Assembly: GCA_030141605.1 (NCBI GenBank)
Contig: JAQGDQ010000773.1
Coordinates: 1 to 64,000 of the forward strand
Source: Tubiluchus corallicola
Lineage: Eukaryota; Animalia; Priapulida
Reading direction: 5' to 3'
DNA: 64,000 nucleotides
Shown in pieces: positions 24,287 through 35,260 of the stretch. The notes below the pieces were generated by a model. The model was not told the DNA's origin. It saw only the letters and a list, made by a program, of their open reading frames with translations, and ran no database searches. The translations under genes were made by a program, and so were the position numbers. Numbering within the stretch: position 1 is the first letter of the stretch; each line of letters opens with the position of its first letter.

Positions 24287-25129
24287 ATGACTAATGTGAC
24301 AGAGAACATCACTTACAGCGGAAAACAAGACAGCAAAATCATTTTAGTGCTGACTCTACATTTAATCTTGGCCATTCCCATAATTGTTGGTAATCTTCTT
24401 GTTCTGGTTGCAGTTTGTAAATATGAACAGTTGCGGACAAAAATGAATGCAATGGTCGTGTCACTAGCTGTTACAGATTTGTTAATCGGTGTAATCGGTC
24501 TTCCAATAAAAACTGTGAACATACTGACAAAAAAGGATAGTACAGTAATATATCTAGTATTTCTGACTTTAACTTATACGAGTATTCTGCACCTGGTTGT
24601 CATAGCTGCTGAAAGATACATGGCTGTTTTACATCCGTACAAGTACAATATATATGTCACTAAGAAAACGATAATTTGTGCACTTGCCATTACATGGCTG
24701 CTTGCGACTATTACAGCCTGCATTTTCATCTCATTTTCTTGGGATAAACAGGAAATGTTGTTCATTTTCTTAATTTTCAAACGCATTTTATTTTTCTACA
24801 TACCAATGGTTATAATTTCTGTCTTGTATGTGTTAATATGGAGGGCAGCACGGAGGCAAGTGTTGAGAATTCATCAAGAAAATCCGGAAAGCAGTATAAA
24901 AGTATCAGAAATGAAGGCAACAAAAATGTTGACTGCAGTCACGCTGGCATTCATGATTTGCTGGGGTCCTAGATTCATCATGCCTGAGGGCATTATGTCC
25001 ATTGAAATGCGAGGGTTCATCTTCTGGTTGGGGCATTGTAACAGTTTCGTAAATCCATTCATCTATGCAGTTCTGAACAGCAAATTCAGAGAAGCTTTCA
25101 AGAAGATTTGCCTGTGTAAAAATGATTAA
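24287..25129 (+). CDS. Intronless orphan rhodopsin-family (class A) GPCR, 280 aa
   Basis: Single ORF from ATG 24287 (MTNVTENITYS, two N-glycosylation sequons). Seven hydrophobic segments with TM1 GN, TM2 SLAVTD, TM3 ERY, TM4 W, TM5 P..Y, TM6 CWGP, TM7 NSFVNPFIY and helix 8 FREAF followed by Cys residues. The ORF track's start at 24206 is a TTG extension. Confidence 0.93.
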   Translation: MTNVTENITYSGKQDSKIILVLTLHLILAIPIIVGNLLVLVAVCKYEQLRTKMNAMVVSLAVTDLLIGVIGLPIKTVNILTKKDSTVIYLVFLTLTYTSILHLVVIAAERYMAVLHPYKYNIYVTKKTIICALAITWLLATITACIFISFSWDKQEMLFIFLIFKRILFFYIPMVIISVLYVLIWRAARRQVLRIHQENPESSIKVSEMKATKMLTAVTLAFMICWGPRFIMPEGIMSIEMRGFIFWLGHCNSFVNPFIYAVLNSKFREAFKKICLCKND

Positions 25130-25164
25130 GTTCAGCTGTGTTAAATTGCATCTGTTGGGAACAA

Positions 25165-25270
25165 TGTTTTTCTGGCTTGACACAGTAACAGTTTCGTAAA
25201 CCAGCCGTCTATGCAACTGTTATCCTTGAGTTCAAAACAGCCTTTAAGAAGATCAGCTTGTGCAAAAAAC
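25165..25270 (+). pseudogene. Degenerate second copy of the GPCR TM7/helix-8 coding segment
   Basis: ttctggcttgacacagtaacagtttcgtaaaccagccgtctatgca...gcctttaagaagatcagcttgtgcaaaaa aligns by eye to 25021-25123 (ttctggttggggcattgtaacagtttcgtaaatccattcatctatgca...gctttcaagaagatttgcctgtgtaaaaa) and has indels. Confidence 0.75.
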
Positions 25271-26115
25271 CAACTGTTTGACGGTGATGTCTGTTTGTTC
25301 CTTATGGGCCAGTGTCATGCAATCGAAGTGCAACCACTGATGCAAAAATAATGACGTCAAATATAGTCTTCTTCAGCAACTGCTGTTGGTACATGAAATC
25401 TACATAACCTACTTATAGGCAAATTGTTATTGTACTGTAACTGTAATTGTAAGTGAATAGCATTGCATAATCTGTATTGCACCATTGTCGCAAATGGAAG
25501 ATTTTTTTCATTTCTCATTAGCTACTAGTTGTAATAAGAAATTTCATTTGTGGATGGTAAACTGGACATGAAACTCCTTCATATTGCAAAGTCATCAATT
25601 TTACCAGCTGGTCAAAATTGAATGACATGACAATTTAAAATACAACAAAACTGCATGTTTCCGTTAACTATAATTCGTTCGTCTTTAAGTTTACCTATTC
25701 ACTTGTTCACCTTTATTCGAATCTTTTGTTTATCAACAAGTCACCTACTCAAGTTTAAATTGTTTGCTTGTTTGCCCAACGTTACTTGTTTATTCCAGCC
25801 CTATGCTGTCCCACATTTAACTTAATGACATTGTGTGAAATAAGACTTAACTGCATCTTATAATCACCTTCAAAATCTTTGCAAATCAATGCAAGCATGT
25901 TTAACTGCCTGTTGTTTGAAACATAGTAAGGCTAGGCATCTTTTATTAGTTTTACTGAGCAAAGATACAAGCAGGAAGATTAATGTATACAACTCGCTAA
26001 TCTAAAAGCAAGGAAGGTGGAAAAACTGACGTGTAGTCTATTAATGGCTTTATTGGCGTGACAATAATAAAATTTCCTCCTGACAGTTCACCTTTAAACT
26101 CACTTGAGATGTTCA

Positions 26116-26377
26116 AGTGAGTAAGCAAGTAAATAAGCGAGTGAGTGAATAGGTGAATAAGTAAATAAGAAAGTAAGTAAGTAAATAAGTAAGTTATTTT
26201 GTTTCAAACACAAGCTTAAGAAAACATGTTTACAGCGAAACACTTAAATTTACAGAAATTATAAGATTAATAAAATTAATGTTCACAAGTTAGCATCTTG
26301 TACAAAATACAGCAAATCACAAGCCATAAATTTAGCTAATCTGAAATTATGAACTCGGCCTATATTGTCTGCAAATA
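26116..26377 (+). repeat. Direct repeat copy 2, downstream of the GPCR and ~125 bp upstream of the TRAIP-like ATG
   Basis: Same microsatellite + core as 23390-23709. Confidence 0.9.
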
Positions 26378-26500
26378 CACTATAACATACTAAAACACAC
26401 ACAAGTCTATAACACACACAGTTTATAACACAAGTTTATATCAGCACATGTAAGCTGTGCGTTGCTTATAGTTGCTTGCCCTTGTACGGTGTTGGTAATT

Positions 26501-29500
26501 ATGCGAGGAGTTTGTGTGATTTGTACAGTGGTTTTCGAAGAGACCGGACATCGGGACATCGCGGCTTGTCCTTGTATCCTTTTCTGTTGTTAGAGCTTGA
26601 ACTTTCTTATTTGTGTTGCATGTTGAAATGTGCTTATCATTGCTTATTACACACAGACAATACAACATATAAATTTGTCTACAGTTACTAAGTAATTTTT
26701 GAGCTGAGCGTAATTTCAGAATCTTCAGACAAAGAAGTTTGTGATTAACTAGGAATTGTTTTTGCTTCTCACTTAACTCATTCAGAAGATCAAAAGATTT
26801 TTCTTTGATGAAATAAAATTTTCTGCATTTTAAGGTAATGAAAGTAAGTAGCTCAATAAGTGACGTTGCTTTTAATGTACAAAGTCTAGTCTTTGTTTTT
26901 AAGCAGATGGAAATAATACTTTTGCAAAAACAGCAGCGACTACTGTACCTGAGTGTTCATAAGTGCATCTTGGCTTTCTGCAAGCTTACTCTGCTTAAAC
27001 TAATTCAAACTTCTGCAGCTTACCTTTATGTTAAGGTTAAAATATCATTATATTAATTATCTAATTTTTTGTGTAAACTTATTGTGCTTTAGATGAAAAT
27101 TGAAAGTGCATTGCTTCCCTTTAGTTGATGAACGACGTCATTGACGGAAAAATGAGCATTTAAAATGAGAGCTCCAAAGTACGAAGTGATCGCAACTTTA
27201 AAAAATTGTTTATTACTTTTTAACGAAGACATTATTATGTATTACGTGTGTGCTTGATTGTCATAGTTAGGCAGTACCAAGCCTAGTTATTATATGTAGG
27301 GATGACCACCTGGAAACTGGTTTTGGGCACTTACACTGCAATAATGCTTCTGGTTATTACTTATTGGCCTTGCTGAATGAGGACGTCTGTGAATTCCAGT
27401 GTGGCCAGAACACTTCTGTCAATGTTAAAATTTTTATCTAAGATGGTTATCCTCAATGATGAGCTAGGTTCCAGTCCCTCTACAGTCCTCAACGGTGTAC
27501 ATAACAAGCAAGACCTGCCAGTGTGTGTTGTTTAATGGTGGTGAGCCAAATTGTGACACACTTTTGTATATAATTAAAAGAAAATGTATGCAATTCAAGC
27601 TTTCATAGTCACAAAATTTTTTTCAATTTCCTTAACTGTAACGTTCAGGTGGCCATACCTATCACTATGACTGGTACGTATTAATACAAGCATTCATAAT
27701 TGTTTTAGTATTTTTTGATACGGCGTAATACTTACTTATTAATGAACACATGATTATATAGCGTGTGTTGTCATAAATGTGAACTTTCTTATTTTTTAAC
27801 TGTTACATTGTAGCATACTGTTCCGCACATGAGTACTGTCAAAGCTGATCCTGAAAGAAAACTAATATTTGGTACATTATTTAGCAATTGTATACATGAT
27901 ACAATCCTCGTTCTAGTTTTTAATGAGTGATTTTATGTGAAATAGCAATACTTCAGTATCGCAAAGTGAATAAAATAATCTAGCTGGTTATCGCTCTGAG
28001 CTGTTTCATTCACGATACTGATTCTGGTGGTTGTTCTCATAAAGCCAGATGTACATGCATCAAGAACGTGGCTACAGTGTCTCTTCTGGTTTAGTGGCTC
28101 AGCTTAGAATGATGTCCTTGATAATGAACCACGTTCCAGTGACTCCGCAAGTGTAGCGTTGAAAAGGTTTAGTCACTGCGTGCGAGATTTTTGGCTTACA
28201 GTGTGCCAAAGTGCACAAAAAATAGAAATCGATAAAGTAAAATGGTTGATCACCAGTAATGAAGAAAATTTCAAAAATGTTCTTAGTTACATATGGCATG
28301 TTATGACAGGCTCTCTGTTATATAGATGTATCTAAAATGATATCTTTAAGGCTACTAGACTAATAATAATTTCAAGCAAAGCTAGACGCAATCTGAAACT
28401 GTACGTCTTCACTGTTACGCGCATTTCGCCAGTCACCAGCTAGACGGGCACTAGCGCCTGCATTTTGGAAATGCATTGTACAAAAAAAAGTGCTCTACCT
28501 CTCAGTTCAGATGTGTTAATTTTTGTCGAACTACACACCTTTGACAGCTCAGCGGTAAATTTGAAATTTGAATTTTTATCTTAAAACTTGCCTAGTTTTA
28601 GTACAACACGCTGAATATCTCACAGTAGCATTGCACTTTAATTTTTGCTTTAATTACGCATAATTTAAAAATTACTTAATAATAACAATAATTTAATAAT
28701 TACTTTAATTAATACAATACGCTCGTGGAATATTTTTGCTGTTGAAAATTATATTAGTTTGTGATGTCATCAGTAGTTGGGCTCGCCCGACTTTAATTAA
28801 GATTTAACTATTATTTAATTATCAGAAACGCTTTTGCAGTATTCACCCTGTATTCGTTTAAAACATAGATGTCCTACCTGTTTACTGCAGGCATTCTGAA
28901 TGGTGGATAATTATCTTTCTGCATGAACTAATAGATGATGTGTCACTTTTATTTTTCTGTTCAACAGTTTATTTACCTGGTTGAATAATTCAGAGACTTG
29001 CCCATCATGCAGATATCCATGTTTAAAGAGTAGTGTTGTGAAGAAGCTGTACTTTCACTGTCCCGATGGTTATGAGAAAGTTGATGATCATCTTGACAAG
29101 TTAACTAAAAAACTTGAGAGAACCAGAGAACAAAAAGGTACTACTTTTCATTTTTGGTGTGTATTCATCCACCAAATAAATACACTATTTACTGTAAATG
29201 GTATTTTTTATGATTTATAATATTTTTTTAATGTTGGAATTAACATTTTTAATATATTTTTATACATTTTGTGATTTTTTATGATGCAAAATTCATCAAA
29301 TTTATACATTACTATACAATAAGTACTATGAATATGCAAAAATGCTTTAGACGGAGTACCGCAATGACCCGCGAAACAGCGAAAATACCGCGATAATTAT
29401 TTTGCATTAATATTCTTGAAAACCGCGAAACAGCGAGTCCACGATAAATGAACCGCGAAGTAGCGAGGGAATACCGTGCACGTGTATTTATGCTCTTAAT

Positions 29501-32278
29501 TTTAAATTGGTGCAACCTCTAATCGGATCCTTGCTGTAAACGAGGTTTTTGCTCAATCAAGTTTATCCTAGATAAATATTTTTTCCTATCTTATCTTTAT
29601 ACAAAGTTCTTGCATATAGACTAGTTGCTAATGTCAACATGTTTGCATTAGTCAAAATTTGCAGCCTGGTGTTTGTGTTTTGTACAGTGGCGGGTCGCAG
29701 CTAAAATTAATGATGCTTCGGAAATTTTTTAGCCATTGTTTTAATATCGTGTAAAACGAAACCAACATATAAAAAGAAACTTTATACATAAATTTGTTAA
29801 AATCATAGTTTTTACTTACTAATAGACTAAATTGTTACAGTTCATTAATTGAATTAATAAATTTAAGTTTGAATTGATTCATTCATTTAAAAACAAAATC
29901 CATTCTTCTTGGCTTAACTTTGTGCGAAAAGATTAATAGTTTTCTCTTTCGTTGACACTGCGTGAGTGACAGTACTTTCTCTGCCTTGAGTGTAGCGTGT
30001 TGTCTCACAACAGCCAACCAGGGTGTCACTGAAACTGTAAAGCGCACAGTTCTGCCATGTGCGCTCTAGTACCGTAAAAGTATTTACAAGTACGTACAAG
30101 TATAAAAAAAGAATCAAAGAAAAAAGCCTTAAATTATATTGAATATTAGCAATAATATCGAGTAAAAAATAAGTCGTTAAAGGGGGTGAAGCTTCTTGCT
30201 TGCATACATTTTAAAGCAAAACAGTTGGTAAGCCTACAAATAATATCTTTTTTTCAAGAGAATATTGAAGCTCAATTTGAACTCTTCAACCTGGATCTGC
30301 AAAAGAATGTTCGGGAACTAAAGAAGTTGATTGATTCGCAACAAAATCAACTCATCTTCTTGCAAAGGAAAGCGCAAGATGGAGACAATGCTAAACAAGA
30401 GGCAAAGGCTCTACGGGATAAACTGAGGTACTTAGAGAATTCTGTTAAAGAATTGTTGACCGGCCGAGAAGAATATGTGGAAAACTTGATCCGTGCAAGC
30501 TCAGGTGGACCGGAGCCATTAAAAAACATCGCGGTCACTGCTCTTTTGCAAAGGTATTTGGTTGCTGGTGGTTGTGATACTGTATTTAATTATTTATGGT
30601 AATCGTCGGTAAGATTATTTGTTAATGGATCAAAGAAACCCACAATTTTCGTTTTCATTTTAGGTAACACATCATGACGAAAAACGAAATGTTTGAAAAA
30701 ATAAGCACTTAGGGTAGCTTTGAACCTGGGACCGTTGGAGTTTCGAATTAGATTAGTAGTTTTGACTTGTGGTTCAAAGTTCTTTGATTGAATTTGGTTC
30801 AAATCCAATCAATCCAGGCAAATCTCGAGATCCCGGGTTCAAATTGAGCTCAATCCCGAGTTTTTCACATTTAGCAACAAAAAAATGCTTGGGTCAAGAA
30901 TTTGTCATTTATTGCTTGGTAACAAAATTATTTGTAATAATAAGTAATTACAGTAAATCCTCGCTTAACGACGCTAGTACGTTCCAGCAAAATGCCACAT
31001 TAAGCGAAACGTCGTTAAACGAACCAAACTTTCAATAGTAAGTAATGTAAAAGAATCGAGATACGTTCCAGAACTGTGAATTAATGCACCAATGCTGCTT
31101 AAATCATATAAATTAAATATTTTATGAGTTTTATTCATATTTCTACTGATTCATTTCTTTCTGTTTGCTTGAAACTACCTATCTTTCTTGCCAGTATCTA
31201 GCTAGACTGGCTAATGATTTCTACACGCTAACTGGGTGTTAAACACTACGTGGCGAAAGCCGTACAATGCATACATTGGGACAATTTCATGTAATACTAA
31301 TATGGTTGTTAGAGCAACAGGTTACTAACAAAATTCTTTGGCATAAAGTTTAAACTCGGGTGTTGCTTGGTACAAGCAGCTAGAATTTAGTACATAGTCA
31401 GTTAAGAAGCAAAAACATTGTAATAATTGTTCTAGTTACTAATGCATTTTTAGAACAGAGTAACGCAATAAGTACAGTTTTAGTGCTTCAAATTAGGTAA
31501 AAAAGTTTTTGATAAAATAAAATGTGGCTGTGCTCAAGGTAAAAAAATCATTGTTAAAACATAACGGTGCATCGTTAAGTAAGAAAACGCTGTCAAAAGT
31601 TCGGTGTCGTTAAAACGAAACGTCAGTAAATGGCGAGTCGTTAAGCGGGGACTTACTGTATAAGCCGTTATATTAAATTTGTAATAAAGACATTTTAAGG
31701 CATTTTAAGGTTATTTTCACATTTACTTTGTTTTCCTTATTGTCGGTGACATTAATCATTGATACTTGAAATAAATGTGCAGTGAAAGACTTTTGATTGT
31801 GCAATCTCATGTCTGTTGTAAGAATTATTGTTAGTACAATAGAAATGTGTTAGGACATTTTCAATTGTTCAAATCTTTCCCTTGAGTAATGTAGTAGTTC
31901 TCTAAAATTTCACAGGTTTCCCGAAATTTACATCTCTTTTAAATTTAAATGGATTAATGTTTACAGTTATGATATTTACCTGGTAGGAGCAAAACTAGAA
32001 ATAACTCTCCTTTTTCCGCCTTACGACAACTTTCTTATTATTGTTAGTGTATTACTGTATCATTGCATTTGTTGTTGTAAAATAATTCTATTCTGTTCTA
32101 TTATAACATCAACTTCAAAAATGGATGCATCCTAATATTGTATTTCCGACAATCTCATTCTTTGTTTAATTTTTTCAGCGAGCTGCAAAATGAAACGGCA
32201 TCAAAGAAGAAGCTGAAGGCTGTCGTTCGCCAGTTAAATGTCGCATTAAGAAAATCAGTTAAGAAAGTGGGAGACTGA
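26501..32278 (+). CDS. TRAIP: TRAIP-like RING-H2 E3 ubiquitin ligase, short form (5 exons, 220 aa)
   Basis: Exons 26501-26573, 27649-27673, 28968-29137, 30259-30553, 32179-32278 total 663 nt and keep frame. MRGVCVICTVVFEETGHRDIAACPCGHTYHYDCLFTWLNNSETCPSCR...KKLYF matches the TRAIP/NOPO N-terminal RING pattern. The coiled coil (AKQEAKALRDKLRYLE...LLTGREEYVENLIR) resembles TRAIP's EEARRLRSKMKTME...LLQSQRPEVEEMIR as recalled. Orthologue versus paralogue is unresolved. Confidence 0.85.
26574..27648 (+). other. U12-type (minor spliceosome) GT-AG intron, intron 1 of the TRAIP-like gene
   Basis: The 5' splice site GTATCCTTT at 26574 and branch site TTTCCTTAAC at 27627-27636 both match U12 consensus. 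The branch site is about 10 nt from the AG with no polypyrimidine tract between. Splicing rebuilds the Cys codon of the RING CGH motif. Confidence 0.92.
28380..28845 (-). mobile_element. Family A element, partial inverted copy
   Basis: Shares ctagacgggcactagcgcctgcatt...acgctcgtggaatatttttgctgttgaaaatt with 60560-60830. Confidence 0.7.
29686..30185 (-). mobile_element. MITE family B inverted copy
   Basis: cagtggcgggtcgcagctaaaatta ... attatattgaatattagcaataatatcgagt is the reverse complement of family B. Confidence 0.65.
30951..31658. mobile_element. pogo/Tigger-like MITE; related left end at ~8385-8410
   Basis: TIR cagtaaatcctcgcttaacgac / gtcgttaagcggggacttactg with TA TSD. Confidence 0.85.
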
Positions 32279-33279
32279 AATCATTTTAATGCATTTGAAA
32301 ATCATTTCAGTGCGTTTGAAAATGTTTTCTTCGAAATGAACTTGAAGCATGGAATCCTGGATTTGTAATCCAGACAGAACAGTTTAAGACGAAAATTCGA
32401 TTTCTCTAAAGCATTATACGAAAAGACAAGAACATAGTCATTCTTCATGTATTTCCTGGCGATAACTGCTGCAGTACAAACGTTGAATTTTTCTAATAAA
32501 AATACACTAAAATTTAATATACATCATAGTGGCTTGTTTGTGAAATGGATCTTGTTCTTGTTATAAAGTTTAAAAACTTTTGTATCTTGAATAAACCAAC
32601 TGGGGTGCGGTGGAATCCGACATTTCTTAAAACCGTAATGGCAAACCACACGATATTTTAATTTTCATTGGCAAAAACGTGACCAAAAAATGTTAGTCAT
32701 TCCCAAAAAATATTGTTACCAAAAAAACATTTTTTGGCAATAAATATTTTTAAGTATGTGGTTAATTATGTCATGAAATGGGTTGGTTGTGAGAAATGTT
32801 GAACTGAATAGTGACAATAATACTGTAAAAACAAACACAAAATACCATAATGACTGTTGATAATACTTACTATAATTTATATGTATATTTACAAGGTAAA
32901 ACATGAAAGTAGTATAATACTAACAACATTTGGTCATCTACATTTTTATAGGAAAGATAAATAACATGAAACTATACATTTAAATTATATTTGCAATGAC
33001 TTGTTTAGAGGTGTATTTACATAATCGAAAGTTACGTCAAAATTATAAAGAAATAAATCATTGTACAAGTATAAATAGGTTGATTTGTAAACATATTTAA
33101 ATGCATCTCTTAATTAAACACGTAATTATAATACAGAGTAAGCACTGATGGGAAGTCTAGCATTGGATACAATTATTTAATATGTAAATACAGTACACCA
33201 TGACATAGAAGAATATTAAATCATTAAGATTACTATCAGTTTAATTTAGTCACCATTTTAGAACAATCTGTGATTATGA

Positions 33280-33562
33280 TAAAGCCTAAGTTTACGTAGT
33301 CTGCGCTAACGATAAGGCCTAAGTTTACGTAGTGTGTGCTAACAATAAGGCCTAAGTTTACGTAGTCTGTGCTGACAATAAGGCCTAAGTTTACGTAATC
33401 TGCACTAACAATAAGGCCTAAGTTTACGTAGTCTGCGCTAACAATAAGGGCTAAGTTTACGTATTCTGCACTAACAATAAGGTCTAAGTTTAAGTAATCC
33501 GCGCTAACAATAAGGCCTAAGTTTACGTAATCTGTGCTAACAGTAAGGCCTAAGTTTAAGTA
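33280..33562. repeat. 33-bp minisatellite x ~8.5
   Basis: Unit ggcctaagtttacgtagtctgcgctaacaataa, between the convergent TRAIP-like and RIMBP 3' ends. Confidence 0.93.
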
Positions 33563-35260
33563 CTTAAGTGAATTATTAAATGCACCAAATACTCAACTAA
33601 TGTAAACTTAACTGTATCTCACAATATGTATGATTATATCACACATATGCCACTCCGTTTTTCTAATAAAATATAAACTAATCGTGAAAAATGGGAATGC
33701 TAACAATTTCTACACATAATTAAGAATAGAATGGGCTGAAATTACTATATATTTAGTGACCACATTCACATGTTCCGCTGTATGGTAGGTCTACTTGGGT
33801 GCTTAACAGCAATCGTACTGGGTTAAGCATTTGTAAAATTATTGCTGTCAGTTTGGCATGATTGCTAAGACTAGGCTGAACTGGCTAGAGGGCGCATTGT
33901 CACTGATGACGCACTTATTAGATTTAACAATTTAGTATAATAGCAGATACGTCGTATGATAAATAAACACACAAATTCGTGGTAAAATAAAATTTCACTA
34001 TCTCGGCCAATCATCATAAATAATTTACATAGATAATTACAATTTAAAAATAATATAAAGTAATAAACTCACTAATAAATAATAACGTAATTAATTTATA
34101 CTCACACAAATTTATTGTAAAAGTGAAAAGTTGACTAATTTCCACAAATGCACGTAAACAAAAAATAACTAAATTATATATTATATAATAATAAATAAAC
34201 AATGCCTACAAAAGCCATTATTACAAACACGTACAGCGAGCAAGAAAGAAAAAATAAATTTCGCCTGGAAACTACCCCGTTTTTTATTTGCCAAATACAC
34301 TGCTGTATATCAAAACAAACATGTCATGTGCCAGACTGTTCAATTTTATACAAGACAAGGAAAAATGAATGAAGCCTAAATTAAAAATTAAAGTAACATG
34401 CAATAAAAAATGCGTGTCAGTTTCAAAAATGGCCAACAAAAAAATTGTGCTGATCATGTGTTAAATGCACTAATCACAATCGGGTTAAGCTAACTTAGGA
34501 CAGAAATGAAACAGTTCCACCGAGACTTCACATTCAGTCAACAAACCTATGATCCCACTGTGCGGCAATAATGCTCAAGCAAATCACTGACATTTTGCAC
34601 TATTTATGAATACTAGAACATTAGCCAACAATAGGCATAGCACGGCATAGGCAGCAATGACTATGACTCTAATACTACAACACTTTCTTAATAATAGCTT
34701 TAAACTCTCAAATTAGTTGCCCCTATGCAAATTGGTTCAGATCATTTATTACCCTACTTTCCTACTATTTTGCCAAAAACACACCAACTTGCAAATGACT
34801 TGCTACACGAAAAGATTCAGGAAAATTTTATGGAATGAACCTTTTTCTTGAACGTCTGAAATTTAAACTTTCAGCAAAATTGTTTGTCCACCGAGAAGTT
34901 GCCGCCTCCGAGACTTGCTATCACATCAGCATCAGAGCCGTTTGCTTCCGAAAAAGGAACTCCTATGTCAGAAGGACCACGGGAGAACGTTCGAAGGCAT
35001 TTATACATGTGTATGGTTTCCACGGATGATCATTGCAGGTGGTTTCCGGCAGTTGCTAGCTCTTGGATAACGCTGGAAGCTTTGATTATTAGGCACAGTG
35101 ACGAAATAACTGACACAATCCATTGAACGGAAGTGCCTACATAGCCAAGCTAAAGTAGTGGGATGTTAGACGTAAATTGCAGGTAGGAATGAAACCATGC
35201 ACAAAACTTTCATGGTTAATGGTAAAAGTTATCACAACGCCGCTTCAAGTACAAACGCTG

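Noticed and set aside
28869-28902. CRHSEC segment as the RING exon 2 of the TRAIP-like gene
   Set aside because: 27649-27673 gives the canonical CGHTYHYDC with correct phases and U12 signals, while this segment has a poor donor.
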